A stretch of DNA of 57,647 bases, filler included, from Basidiobolus ranarum (taxonomy: Eukaryota), in NCBI GenBank assembly GCA_040143965.1. It is 6 parts of 6 records of this genome, joined end to end, with 100 filler letters (N's around TTAATTAATTAA, not from the genome) between each part and the next. Parts side by side here need not be neighbours in the genome. Positions count along the whole stretch, not along the records: positions 1 to 9,544 come from JASJQH010000811.1; positions 9,645 to 19,174 come from JASJQH010000812.1; 4 more parts are not named here. One strand, written 5' to 3'. A model generated the notes under the pieces. That model worked only from the letters and a program-made list of their open reading frames with translations, had not been told where the DNA came from and did not search any database. Below are positions 1 through 11,734 of the stretch, one piece after another. Both the position numbers and the translations under genes were made by a program. Position 1 is the stretch's first letter; every line of letters begins with the position of its first letter.

Positions 1-111
1 GCCAGTGGATGATAACAGAGAGAAGAAGATTACATTTTTCACCAAATCTGTACCAACTAATAAGAAAGTAAAGAAGTTGCACAAGAAGGTGTCTACCATC
101 AAAGATCTTAG

Positions 112-177
112 ATGGAATAACTAAATACTAAGCTATATATAGCTATATAGATGTTTAAGCTATGCCTATCTTAACCA
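112..177 (+). repeat. Fragment (3' end) of the ~330-bp LTR family
   Basis: atggaataactaaatactaagctatatatagctatatagatgtttaag matches the 3' part of the copies at 5993-6320 and 45177-45509. Confidence 0.7.
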
Positions 178-224
178 CTCCTCTATATCAAGCTCTCAGC
201 ATAAATTATATTCTATCTATCTTC

Positions 225-395
225 ATAATTTATATTCCTCCTTGATTAAAGCAATGCTCAATGGTAGCCACATTAACAGGACTTTTCAACATCACCTTGA
301 TAGCCATTATAGCTTTAATAGCTGTGTATCATAATCTATATTTTGCATTCATCTTAATAGATGGAGTAAACTAGTGGCCAACTTCATTAGTCTCT
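225..395 (-). mobile_element. Possible degenerate Tc1/mariner transposase HTH remnant
   Basis: Minus-strand translation with stops (...YRL*YTAIKAIMAIKVMLKSPVNVATIEHCFNQGGI*) loosely resembles the second HTH of Tc1. Weak. Confidence 0.25.
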
Positions 396-1946
396 TGCTG
401 TTTGACGTAGGAAGATTCTTCTTGATTAACTGCTGTATATTTACTACTTTTGTCTGTAAAATAAACATGATTCTAGCCACTACACTCATTGACAACAGTT
501 GATGTAAGAACTAGCTAGCCTCCTTCGTGATTACCATCTTCTGAATATTTTTATTGCTAGTGATGTATGAGTAATGATGAAGAGACAGCATCCACCTATC
601 TTGAGAAACCTACCAAATCTAAATGCCTCACAATGCCTTAAACATCAAAAAATTCCTTAGCCCCCAGCATATCCACCAACAACAGAAAAGCTCTCAGACA
701 AGGCATGCGAACCTCTCAAGCCATCAGTCTTGTCACCTATGCTTCTTAACTATCCACCAAATTATTGAAGTCTGGCATTTGATTTACAAGCATCAATTAT
801 GAGTCAGGCAACAAGCCACTACCGATCTCGCTGCTAATTCTGGCTCAGATGGGTAGGCCATATGGTGGATCAGCCGGGAAATACATTAGAGTTCCCATAA
901 AAGGAGCCTGATGCCAGTCATTTTCGGGTTGTGACGTAGCATATATATTAATCCGAGGTTGAACTTAGGGTAAGGTTACTTTGTGGCCATTCTTTTAATT
1001 ATTGAGGTAGACGAAGTGGAAATCCGCTACTTTTTACGGACTGGAAACAGCAATAGATAACAAATGTCCGTTGAGCAATCTGGTTGATAGCTCGTGACTT
1101 TTCGTACTCACTTGATTGAACGATCGTAGTGTAGAGCGACATTTATACAGAATTTTCCAAATTTCTGTTGACTGATTTAGTGAATTGAAAAGTCGGTCAA
1201 CCAGACAACAATATCTACTGAAACTTAGCTGATGGAGTATATCACCCAGTTCATTCTCAAAAACGTGGTACATGAACATGAGATGGAAGAAATATATATA
1301 TATATAAATCTTACAATACATCGCTAAATACATATTTGGATTAGCGTGTGAACAGACCTAGTATTATATAATACGAAACGTGTCTGTTTTACCCAGCAAT
1401 AATGGATTATAAAGCAGGAGTGTAATATTCATATGCAAGAATATTGGGGACTTGCTACTTGGGACAAGGAGGAGCAGGGGCAGCGATGGATTAATCATCA
1501 ATTCACACAATATGGAATCCTCTTACAACATAGCACCAACTATGCTTTAGATTAGCCATTTCTTGGCATTAAATGATTAACAAGTTGGAGGTATTTCACT
1601 ACACCAAGTGCTACCTACATCATTACTTTGGGAGTAAAAGTCTCAGCAAGATGTTCTCGTACTCCTTCCCTCATTTCTGAGCATGCAAGATATACAAGAG
1701 ATAAAGTTGTTACAACGTTGGCTTTCTAATGCTTGTATTATTGACATAAAATCGCCATATAACGCACATGATTTATAACTAGAACCTCAAGAACGATAAT
1801 GATAAACTTTGCTGTGTAGAAGTAAATTAAACCGTAATTCATTAACTATTTTATTGGTCAGTTACGCCTGATCATCAAAATCGGTATTTATCTTCTTTAG
1901 ATTAATGTAAACAACAAAACTATGCTCAGCAGTTTCCGTAAATGTT

Positions 1947-3974
1947 TTACCAGATATTAACTCTGTCTGCTTCCTTACGGAACATCTTATCCCCTTCCTT
2001 TACACCGAAAGCATCATAGAATTCCTTGAAGTTGGACAATGGTCCGTTAACTCTCCACATACCTGGGGCATGAGGGTCAGTACGAAGGCGGTACAAGGCT
2101 TCTTCTTTACGTACAATATTCTTCCAGACTTGAGCATAAGCAGTGAAGAATTGTTGCTCGGGGGTGAGGCCATTGACAACACCAACAACACCTGGGTTGT
2201 TCTTTTGCCATTCTTTGAAAGCAAGGTAAGAGAGTTTAACGCCACCGATATCAGCAATATTTTCACCTTGAGTTAAGTTTCCATTGACCTTAGATCCAAA
2301 CATCTCATAACTACTGTAAAGGTCGACAACAGTCTTGGCACGTTTGTCAAATTCTGCTGCATCCTTAGGAGTCCACCAATCTTCAAGGTTTCCTTTAGCA
2401 TTGTAGTTACGACCTTGATCATCAAAACCGTGGGTAATTTCGTGACCAATAACGGCACCAATACCACCAAAGTTAGCAGCAGGATTTCCTTTAGGATTCT
2501 TCTCGTCAGGGGGATAGAAGAATGGAGGTTGGAGAATACCAGCAGGGAAGGCAATATCATTGTATTCAGGAGCATAGTAAGCATTTACTTCGTAAGAAGT
2601 CATGAACCACTTGCTGGTGTCAGTTGGAGTATTAGAAGCCAAAAGGGTTTTCTTGAAATTTGCAGAAGCGGCATCAAGAACATTAGAGATGAATGGACGT
2701 TTACGAGAAATCTTAATATTGGCATATTTCTCCCATTTATTAGGGTATCCAATCTTCACGTTAAGTGCTCTCAATTTCTCTACTGCACGTTTACGAGTTT
2801 CGGGGCCCATCCATTCAATAGTTTCAAGGCGAGTAGCATGAGCATTTTGAAGGAATTTTACCATCTCTAATGCTTGTGCTTTAGCTTCTGGCTTGAATTT
2901 CTCGGCAACAAATATTTGACTAACAGTATCAGGAATCTGAGAACCGATTTCACCTAAAAGGAACTTCCAGCGAGGAGTAGGTTCACTTTGACCTCTAAGA
3001 GTACGACCGTAAAACTCGAAATCTTGAGATTTAAATTTCTGATCGAGGTAAGTGGCACTGAATCCTAACACTTGCCATTCTAAATATACTCTCCAATCTT
3101 CAGCACGGAATTTCTTGAACAAGGTGTTGAAAAATTTGAAGAAATCTGGATTGTCAATGATGACAGCACCATCTCCGAAGCAATGTCCCTTCTTCCATCC
3201 CAATGATTGACAGTAAGTAAGCCAAGGGAAAGAAGGAGTGATAGCACGAAGTTGAGAGAAGTTGAGCTTATTGTAGACACGGTGAACATCACGGAGCTCT
3301 ACAGAGGATAGAGAGTTTTTGGCGAGGGAAGTTTCGAAATCCAATACAGTCTTAGCTCTAGCGCTTCCATTCTTGGCCTTAGCAAGTTTGAAGATGCTTT
3401 CGATATGGGCCAAGTATTTCTGACGGATTTCAGCTTGGCTTTCTTCAATGTAGTAATCTCTATTGGGAAGTGAAAGACCGTTCTGTCCCATGTAGGTCAA
3501 AGTCCAAGTGGAGTTCTTGGTATCAGGTTGGGAAGAAATAGCAAACAAAGGACTTCCACCGTGTACATTGATGGACAAACTGTGAAGTTTACCAATAGCT
3601 TTTGCTACATCATCGCGAGTACGAACACTTTGCACTTGACGTAACAAGGCTTTAATGGGAGCCAATCCAGACTTTTCAATGAGTTTAGTATCCATACCCG
3701 AGGCATAGAAATCACCCAACAAACTGGGAGTAGAGGAGTTTCCGGCCTTTTGTAATGTAGTCAAGAGAAACTCGGAGTTAGCTTGCTTTAGGGTAGAAAA
3801 AGTATTCCAGATAGACTGATCTCCTGGGAGCTTGGTGTTCTTGATCCATTCGTAGTTAGCATGGAAGTAGAAGTTATCAGTGGCAGCTGGTATTTGAGGT
3901 GGTAGGTCTTGAGAATAGACAGAGGTACCAGTAATGGCCAAAGATAACAAAAGAAGACTAGATACTTTGCCCAT
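1947..3974 (-). CDS. Secreted M13-family zinc metalloendopeptidase (PepO/neprilysin-like), intronless, 675 aa
   Basis: Hydrophobic N-terminal signal peptide; DNFYFHANYEW; VNAYY; FPAGILQPPFF; GHEITHGFD (HExxH); GENIAD (ExxxD); DPHAP; C-terminal VNIW. Confidence 0.96.
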   Translation of the reverse strand: MGKVSSLLLLSLAITGTSVYSQDLPPQIPAATDNFYFHANYEWIKNTKLPGDQSIWNTFSTLKQANSEFLLTTLQKAGNSSTPSLLGDFYASGMDTKLIEKSGLAPIKALLRQVQSVRTRDDVAKAIGKLHSLSINVHGGSPLFAISSQPDTKNSTWTLTYMGQNGLSLPNRDYYIEESQAEIRQKYLAHIESIFKLAKAKNGSARAKTVLDFETSLAKNSLSSVELRDVHRVYNKLNFSQLRAITPSFPWLTYCQSLGWKKGHCFGDGAVIIDNPDFFKFFNTLFKKFRAEDWRVYLEWQVLGFSATYLDQKFKSQDFEFYGRTLRGQSEPTPRWKFLLGEIGSQIPDTVSQIFVAEKFKPEAKAQALEMVKFLQNAHATRLETIEWMGPETRKRAVEKLRALNVKIGYPNKWEKYANIKISRKRPFISNVLDAASANFKKTLLASNTPTDTSKWFMTSYEVNAYYAPEYNDIAFPAGILQPPFFYPPDEKNPKGNPAANFGGIGAVIGHEITHGFDDQGRNYNAKGNLEDWWTPKDAAEFDKRAKTVVDLYSSYEMFGSKVNGNLTQGENIADIGGVKLSYLAFKEWQKNNPGVVGVVNGLTPEQQFFTAYAQVWKNIVRKEEALYRLRTDPHAPGMWRVNGPLSNFKEFYDAFGVKEGDKMFRKEADRVNIW

Positions 3975-5992
3975 GGTGAATAGTCAGTTAATTCACTAGT
4001 GCTGAACTGAGGAAAGTATTATGGATTCCATCCCTTTAAATATCTCCAAGGTCAGCAATTCCATTTAGTCAGATGATAGACTAGAATGGAAAAAACGAGA
4101 ATTCCCGAAGCAACACATTCAATCCGGAAAATACGGTCTGAGAGGGGAGAAACCGGACGATCCTGGGAGATTCCTTTGGTTTACTGTACTCTTTAAATGA
4201 GCATCGGCTATTGGATATGGCAATGCACTCGTTAAATGTTGCCATTTGGCCAGCAAAATAATACTTTGATGGTTATCACGTATTAACTTCGGATCATGTG
4301 AGCTAAATGTTTAATGGGCTTACCACGTGCTTACATAGCAACTAGAGTTACCCAAGTTTAGTCACTAGTCCATTAAAATGACAGTTACCAAGGATTTAAT
4401 CCCGAAGAATGGCAAAAGAATCCCAAAAATCAGATTTAGTGGATTAGGGGATTACATCTCATGATTTGTGACCTAGATGCTACCAGCCGTATCACTTTGT
4501 ACATTCAGCAATATCACCTTGTGCATCTCGAAGTCAGGTTATACGGTCACAAAATCAAAACTTTAGGTAAGAAGACAATTCGACTGGGTGTGAATATTGT
4601 TGATTCATCTCACCACCTGAACTAGATGTCTTGCTTATTACCACCGAATACAACCATGAGCGATGTATATTAGAAAAATGAGAAATCCTCCCATTTTGTC
4701 CCATTCATACTAACCGGAGGCAGGAAGTATTAGTATCTGTATGAAGAACCATTGGTATCTAGTAATGAAGGACTGAGAACTAATGGACCGTCATAGTAGT
4801 GCCTGAACCTTGATTAAATCTTTGGCCAAAAGCTCGGATTTACCATATTAGTACACCCCGGTTGATGAGGAGATAAAGATTAGGTTAGTTAGGGTTAGTA
4901 AGTGTAGCTTGAACTGATCGTCCTGCTTAGTTCCTTTGAAGTAACTCATACTCATCCATCAACCCAATTGGCTAGTATTAGCTGAATCTGATCCAATCAG
5001 TAAGATGAGTTAACATGTTGAAGATATTATCCCACGGATAAACTAGGGATAGCAAGTTGTAACAGTGAAAGATGCTGACGACCAGCATTGTAAAACCAAT
5101 TGTATTCACGCTAGTATTATTAGTAAAATATTCCCCACGCTTCTTCTTTTTCTTTTATGTGGAACTGTAGCTGCAATATGGGTAGTTACCACCATCAATT
5201 TGGTAGCGCTTTTGCACTAATTTGCTTGACATATCTGACACAGGATGTTTGTAGCCCTTCTAGTGCGAACAAACAATGGTAGGCTAAGTTAATTACTGCC
5301 AAAGTCTACAAAATTTACTTCTAGAATAGCTATCTATTAATCGAGAAATATACTTATTTAAGACTTGGCATTGACATCGACAGATACATAATAAGTGATT
5401 TTGAATGTGCTCAAGGTGATGCAGGAGTTCTAAGTGAATCTCTTAATTTTCTACACAAATATCTATTGTTTTTCTGTTGATTCTTTGCATCATGATGTTG
5501 TATATCCTTGTAATACTTTATCTATACGATACATCAAAAAGCAGCTACATACAGTAATTACATGCCACAACAAGACTCTTCTGCTTATATCAAAAAAAAA
5601 TACTGAGCTGTATTTAGGATTGAATTACTTTGTGTTGGAGGATCTGGTCATAATGAGAATATCCTTAGTATTTGGAGACAACTTTTGATACTATTTTAGT
5701 ATTTGAATTTTTATCAGCATATGTTGACTTATATATTAGGGATGTAAATCAATTGTTTGAGATATCCAGAAGTTTGTGTAATAAGATATGATAGATTAGT
5801 AGGGACAATAAGACATACAAGTTATACAGATATAGAGATATTCCTGATTAGAATGTAGGGCTATAAATCCAAGGCTTTCTTGTTTCTTATCCTAACTAAA
5901 GTCAACTAAAATGTTGAATAAAGATGCATTATCTAATACATGGTGCTGGTAAAGATGGAAATATACTCATCAGCTTTTGATATACTTGCTAT

Positions 5993-6320
5993 TGTTAAAG
6001 TATTTGGGTGCCTGTTGGAAGTGGTTTGGAGAACTAGAGAAATTGGTGGTTTTCACTTGTTGATTTATTGAGTATCCAGTTGACATTTATAGTTTTGTCA
6101 AGATGAAAACAAGCTAACATGTAGAATGTGTTAAGAAAGGTCCTAGAAACATATGTGCAAAGTTTGGGGCTTCCGGCACAAGTCTGATAAATCTATTATC
6201 TTCGAACTTCTAAGTAAATTCCTCTTGCAAATAATGGGAGATATCTTAGTTCAACATGGGATAACTAAATACTAAGCTATATATGACTATATAGGTGTTT
6301 AGACAATGCTAACTTCAACA
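5993..6320 (+). mobile_element. Solo LTR (328 bp), probably Ty1/copia
   Basis: Starts TGTTAAAGT and ends ACTTCAACA (TG...CA, imperfect inverted ends). Flanked by a near-perfect 5-bp target-site duplication GCTAT/GTTAT. Homologous copies at 44113, 45177 and 57449. The true transcriptional strand is unknown. Confidence 0.88.
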
Positions 6321-7067
6321 GTTATTTGTGAATGAAATATTCCCTTGGGATACCATCTTGATCGATAATAGTATTTTTTATAGTAAATATAATTTATCTG
6401 TTACCTTAAATTTGCAGTCACATCATCCTAGAATTGCGGAAGTAGTTACACCCCGTTAGTCGGTCAATCTTGAAACATATCTGATCATTTTAAATGTGTG
6501 TTTATATTGGATATCCCAGGAAAAGGAGTCAAGTCAGTATAAAATATATCTCCATCTATAATTTATCTTTGTGGACCAGCCGTTAATCAGTTTTACTCTA
6601 TATTATGTCCGAAGTACCTACAATGACAGGCCCATGGTTCCAAATGTGGATATCATTTACATTACTCTTGTATTGGAACGTTTTCCTGAACTTAGTAAAT
6701 AGATGTTTCTGGAACAAACAATAATATTGGCAACATTGAATGTGTTATCAAGTACCTACTATCACCACAATATGCCAGATAATAATACACAAAAACAGAG
6801 CTATTGTAGAATAAGTAGATTTAATCACTTGGGTCTAAGGAAACTAATAGAAAATATCTCAAAAAACTAGTGTAAGCTGCAAGCGTTATATTCTATATGT
6901 TTAAGTAAGCCTCTAACATAGATATTACTTTATTGTACTTACAACAGTTCAACTCGTTCTAACCCATAATCGGACTTTGTTAGCAAGTAGAGTGGAATAT
7001 AAAGGATAGCCATGTTGTAGATTTGAGTGCCAGCAAACCAAATTTGAAATTTAATTAAAAGTCAAAG

Positions 7068-8099
7068 CTACATTTTTGCTTCATGACCAACGCTATCGAT
7101 ACTGGGTTTTCCATTTGTCTCAAGGATAGAGAAATCATTACCCAATTTAATGTTTGCTTGAAGTTCCAGGATAGCTTCCTTTAGCAAACGACTTTCGTAC
7201 TCTGAAATTGGACCAAATGGAATAATACGTTCAATTCCTCCAGAACCAAGCTCCACATTAATAGCAAAGTATTCACAATCTGTATCTTTTTGTACCTCAC
7301 TACCCCCTTCAGCATCAGCTGCAAGGTGAACGTAGGCTGGCTCAATGATTCCAGTTCTTCCTCCCACTGTAGCCTCAAGGATATTACTAACAAAACGATT
7401 ACCAGCAAATGCCATACTCAAGGTAGCAGAAGTAATTCCCCCTTTTGCCACTATTACTTCATCACCAGCGAACTGAATGTGGTAAGATAGAGCCTCGATT
7501 TGCTCTTGATTCAGATCTCTGGTTGCAGTGAGCTGAGAAAGAAGAGGGACAATCGTGTTACCAGAATGACCACCCACAACATTAACTCGGGTACTAATAG
7601 GGTCTAACTCGACGTTGACTTCGGAGATAAACCGAGACGCACGAACAGCATCCAGTGTGGAGACGCCAAAGAGACGCTTAGGGTCATACATGCCAGCTTT
7701 TTTAAATACTCCAGCAACAACAGGAACGGTAGAGTTGACAGGGTTGGTGACAACTAACATGAAAGCCTTAGGGCAGTACTTGGAGGCAGCAATAGCTAAA
7801 TCGCGTATAATGAAAGCATTGATTTTGAATAAGTCATTTCGAAACATTCCAGGCTTTCTAGGGGCCCCTGCGGGGATGATAACAATATGTGCATCAACAA
7901 CGGCATCTTTGAGATTATCTGGGCCAAGGTGAGCGGTTACCTTGGAAGGAGTGTTAATGTGAGAGAGATCAGCGGCAATTCCTGCGACACTGATAATATC
8001 ATAGAGAGCCAAATGAGAAATCCAAGTGTTTTGCTTGAGAAGAAGAGAGAGGGGTTGGCCAATACCACCAGCAGCACCAAGAACAGCGACTTTAACCAT
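7068..8099 (-). CDS. MDH: NAD-dependent malate dehydrogenase, intronless, 343 aa, C-terminal PTS1-like -AKM (putatively peroxisomal)
   Basis: Real start is the ATG at 8099 ([22 protein letters not shown]). Contains PRKPGMFR, NPVNSTVP, TLDAVRA, GGHSG and SATLSMA. No mitochondrial presequence; ends ...GHEAKM*. Confidence 0.95.
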   Translation of the reverse strand: MVKVAVLGAAGGIGQPLSLLLKQNTWISHLALYDIISVAGIAADLSHINTPSKVTAHLGPDNLKDAVVDAHIVIIPAGAPRKPGMFRNDLFKINAFIIRDLAIAASKYCPKAFMLVVTNPVNSTVPVVAGVFKKAGMYDPKRLFGVSTLDAVRASRFISEVNVELDPISTRVNVVGGHSGNTIVPLLSQLTATRDLNQEQIEALSYHIQFAGDEVIVAKGGITSATLSMAFAGNRFVSNILEATVGGRTGIIEPAYVHLAADAEGGSEVQKDTDCEYFAINVELGSGGIERIIPFGPISEYESRLLKEAILELQANIKLGNDFSILETNGKPSIDSVGHEAKM

Positions 8100-9438
8100 G
8101 GTTCTATATTTAGTTAACGAAAGGTCAAGTGTCAAATAGAACGAAAGAGGATACTGAAAAAAACGTCTTGGTTATAGCGACTCTATTTTAAGCATAAACC
8201 TAGTTTCACAAACATTTGCTTTCTAATGTCACGTCATTCATTAGCTTGTCTAGTGGATGATCAAGAAGACCAATTCAAATGGAGTCTACAGAGTACAACT
8301 TTCTTGACACTTACGCTATTTATCTCATCAGAACTCATCGTGCCTGACGTTTGATAGAGCAGTCATTATTTTTGTAAAAGCTGGAGTCAATTTTACAGTC
8401 AGTACAACAACGCCAGAGTACTTTAACACCTGCTGCCTATTATTCATGCACTGATAATCTTATCTTTCCATTGAATGAAGTCTTGGTGTGATGGCACTTA
8501 TGCAACTGAAACTAAAAGCGCTCAGTTTAGCAACAGCCGTGGTGGAATTCCTATAGATAGCAATAAATTCAAGTTCAGGCATATTGGTATTAAAATCTTA
8601 TTATAGCAAGCCTAAGCATGATCCCAAGATAGTAATGATGACGGAACAGTAAGGCGAGAGCGATTGAATTTTCTCACGGCCTTCAGTTGATGTCGAGCAG
8701 GCTAGAATAGGGAATGATTATAAAGGAATTCAGTTTCAGGTCCTAATCTCTTACACCCCGGTGAAGAACTATACCTTAAACCAATTATATTGAAGCACCA
8801 TTGCGAATTATTCCTCTGTTTCTCACTATATCATAAATTGGCTCATGTTTTAGTCTCATTACAAACTACCCAGAGCTACTGTGGCTTGTCATAAGAATGT
8901 CTAGTTGTCTTCAGTACCAATCTATATCTATAGCTAAGCCACTCCACCAAGGTACGATGTCTTAGACCCAGAGCATCCAATTTTTGTGGGGAGCAACAAC
9001 CCCACCAAACGGATTGAATTGGCGTGGGAGTCGGATGGTTTATAACTATTGCTGTATCAATGGTAGAACTAATTTCTGGTTTTACATGCAAAACCCCAAC
9101 TGAATATTCTAAATTTCAAAAGTCAAACGGTGCAAATTTAACTCTAGAGTATTAGAAACATTGCCAACACCATTCACAACTTGAATAGCCAATTTAAATA
9201 CTAGGCCTCTAACGTAGGCGAGTCCGATTGGATCATGTAGATTGAATGTTACACTTCCATCCTTTGTCATGGACTTAGGTATTTCTTCCAGAATATCTTC
9301 GGATAAGAGGTATCAGGAAATATGTTGTAGTACAGGTTTTATATTTGACCTTAATTAGAAATAACTGAACTTTATTTAAGCCCGGCATAGCCCTACAATA
9401 ACATCTACAACTCAATCTCTTCGTAAACATTAGTAAAT

Positions 9439-9544
9439 ATGGTTAAAGTCGCTGTTCTTGGTGCTGCTGGTGGTATTGGCCAACCCCTCTCTCTCCTCCT
9501 CAAGCAAAACACTTTGATCTCTCACCTTGCTCTCTATGATCTTG
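9439..9544 (+). CDS. MDH: Second malate dehydrogenase, 5' fragment cut by the contig end
   Basis: ATG at 9439 gives [35 protein letters not shown]. The first 56 nt are identical to the minus-strand copy starting at 8099. Confidence 0.9.
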
Positions 9545-9644
9545 NNNNNNNNNNNNNNNNNNNNNNNNNNNNNNNNNNNNNNNNNNNNTTAATTAATTAA
9601 NNNNNNNNNNNNNNNNNNNNNNNNNNNNNNNNNNNNNNNNNNNN
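9545..9644. other. Artificial contig linker
   Basis: N44-TTAATTAATTAA-N44 (stops in all six frames). Confidence 0.99.
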
Positions 9645-10031
9645 TCAACCCAACTTTGCATCCTCGACCTGGACCTCATAGGGAAGCCCCCTTTGATGTA
9701 AAGAAAAGTCGTCATCATCATTTAAACCTCTTCCTTTAAATTATGCTGCAACACGACGATATCCTGCTAAAATGAATAATTGCATTTTTAATTACCCTTC
9801 CCCCCCACCCAATCGAGGGAACACTCATGCTTATATTTATAACTTGGACAACTAACTACCTTTTGAATAAGGCACAGTCTTATGGTCTAATTTCCATTCA
9901 CTTACTTTTCAATATTATGTGGTTCGTTAACATGTAATATTCAATAAATCAATGTTGATGGATAAGGATAAATTTAATTCTAGAAAACTGTGAATCTTTA
10001 AAGGTGAAAAAGAAATTAATTGGATGTACTC

Positions 10032-11734
10032 TTATTGCTTTTGAGATGGTGAAAGCGGATCGACCTCTTTTTTGATTTCACTAAAATGTTGGATAATTGC
10101 AGTGTTTTCAGGCATATCTCCATGTATCTTACGCTATTAAATGGAGAGGAAGAAAGGAGATGTTAGCTCGTTGCTCTAGGATCATATTCAAAGAGATATT
10201 TGCTTACCATTCTGTCAGTTTTACCAATTCCAAGTCTTATAGATGAAGGATATGAATGTTAGATAAATAGAAGCTCATGAGGCTTATTAAATGAACACTT
10301 ACTTTGGTAATCCACGGTTTAACCCTTCAAGTAAGACGCATGCTTTACATACGTTATTACTAGACATGTATCCGCAACGTTCGCACGTGCCAACTATTTG
10401 TCAAATTCATTAGTATATAAGGATTGATGACTTTCCAAGATTTGAAGTTACCTGGAGGTGGAGCTTTGATATTTGTTTTAATTTCGAAAGCTTCGCCGGA
10501 ATGAATGATGTCTATAGACACGTAAACAGCTAAAGTTAGCATCTAAGAAAAAGTGAATAGAGCAAAAATATGCACTAACCAACAATAGCACTGGGACGAA
10601 TAGCTTCCAAATCTTTTAAGAATATGCGTGCATATCCACGATAAGCATTTGGTGAATAAATACATTCAGTGGAGAAGTAATCCAATTTTTTGAAGTAAGC
10701 ATACCTAAAGAAAGTATCGAACGTTTGATTAGAAAAAGGTGGAGATCTACCACACTGTCCCTTGAACAATGGTTAACACTTACATGACGATCTCCTTCTC
10801 ATAAGTATATTTGAAAGGCTTGGATCTATGTATACAACCCTCACCGGTAGTCCCGATTTCTGTACAACGTTGGAGACGTGCAATATCACCTCTGAGGACT
10901 GGAAACATGTCAATATGGTTGAATGGTATTCAATAGGACGAATACGAAGCACACATACTGTTCATAAGAATTGTCTCGGCAATATCGTCAGCATTATGGC
11001 CAGTCACAATATGATCAACACCAAGCATTACAGCACCACGATCTAAGGCCTGACGTCTGAAAACACCACAAAATGTACCTAAGGTGTTGGTCAACAAAAA
11101 TGTCGAATAGTTTCAGTTCGAGAGTAAGTCTATAGTTACAATTGTTCTTAAGCCCAACTGCCTTGACAATATCATCCATAGTCCAATGGTAGAGTTGCTC
11201 ATAAGACACAATCTTCAAAGGTAAATCGTATTGTTGTTGATTACGTTTGACGGTCTATTCGTATATAGATACATATTAATACGAAGAGCAGGGTATTAAA
11301 GAACTGACTTCCCACTAAAGATAACATAAAATTTACCTCCAACGAATCATCACGATATCCAGTAATTCCCTCGTCAATAGAAAGTAGGAATAATTCCAAA
11401 CCATAATCATAACGTTCGTTCAGAAGCTTCATAACGTAAGCAAGCACAGTTGAATCTAAGCCATATATAAAGTTAAAATACGAACGACAGATATTATCCT
11501 CCAAAAATGAGTAAACAAAAGAAAAAACGTCAAATATCTTGAAGAACAACCTTTTCCGCCTGAAGCACCGATGGCTACACGATCCCCTCGCTTGAATAAC
11601 TTATTATCGGTAATGGTATTATGAATTTCGGTCTCAAAAACGTAATAAAAACATTCGCGACAAATCTGTTGACCAGTCTTGGGTCTTTTGATAACAGCTC
11701 TATTCTTATTACAGAGTACGCAAAATTTCGGCAT
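10032..11734 (-). CDS. NCS6: Cytoplasmic tRNA 2-thiolation protein 1 (multi-exon)
   Basis: MPKFCVLC...ICREC; PP-loop GASGGK|DS split by an intron; [39 protein letters not shown]-terminal [16 protein letters not shown]; spliced end ...PSQKQ* at 10032. Confidence 0.95.

Noticed and set aside
2000..3292. Several short ORFs overlapping the M13 gene, and similar ones over MDH and the oxidase
   Set aside because: Alternate-frame or antisense shadows of strongly supported genes.
4878..4901. Telomere-like TTAGG/TTAGGG run
   Set aside because: Only one exact TTAGGG unit; too short to call an interstitial telomere.
8100..8135. 12-aa N-terminal extension of MDH in the ORF track
   Set aside because: It begins at a non-ATG codon; the ATG at 8099 matches the paralogue's start.
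9589..9600. TTAATTAATTAA repeated five times as a possible biological repeat
   Set aside because: Always centred in N44 padding; it is a synthetic six-frame stop linker.
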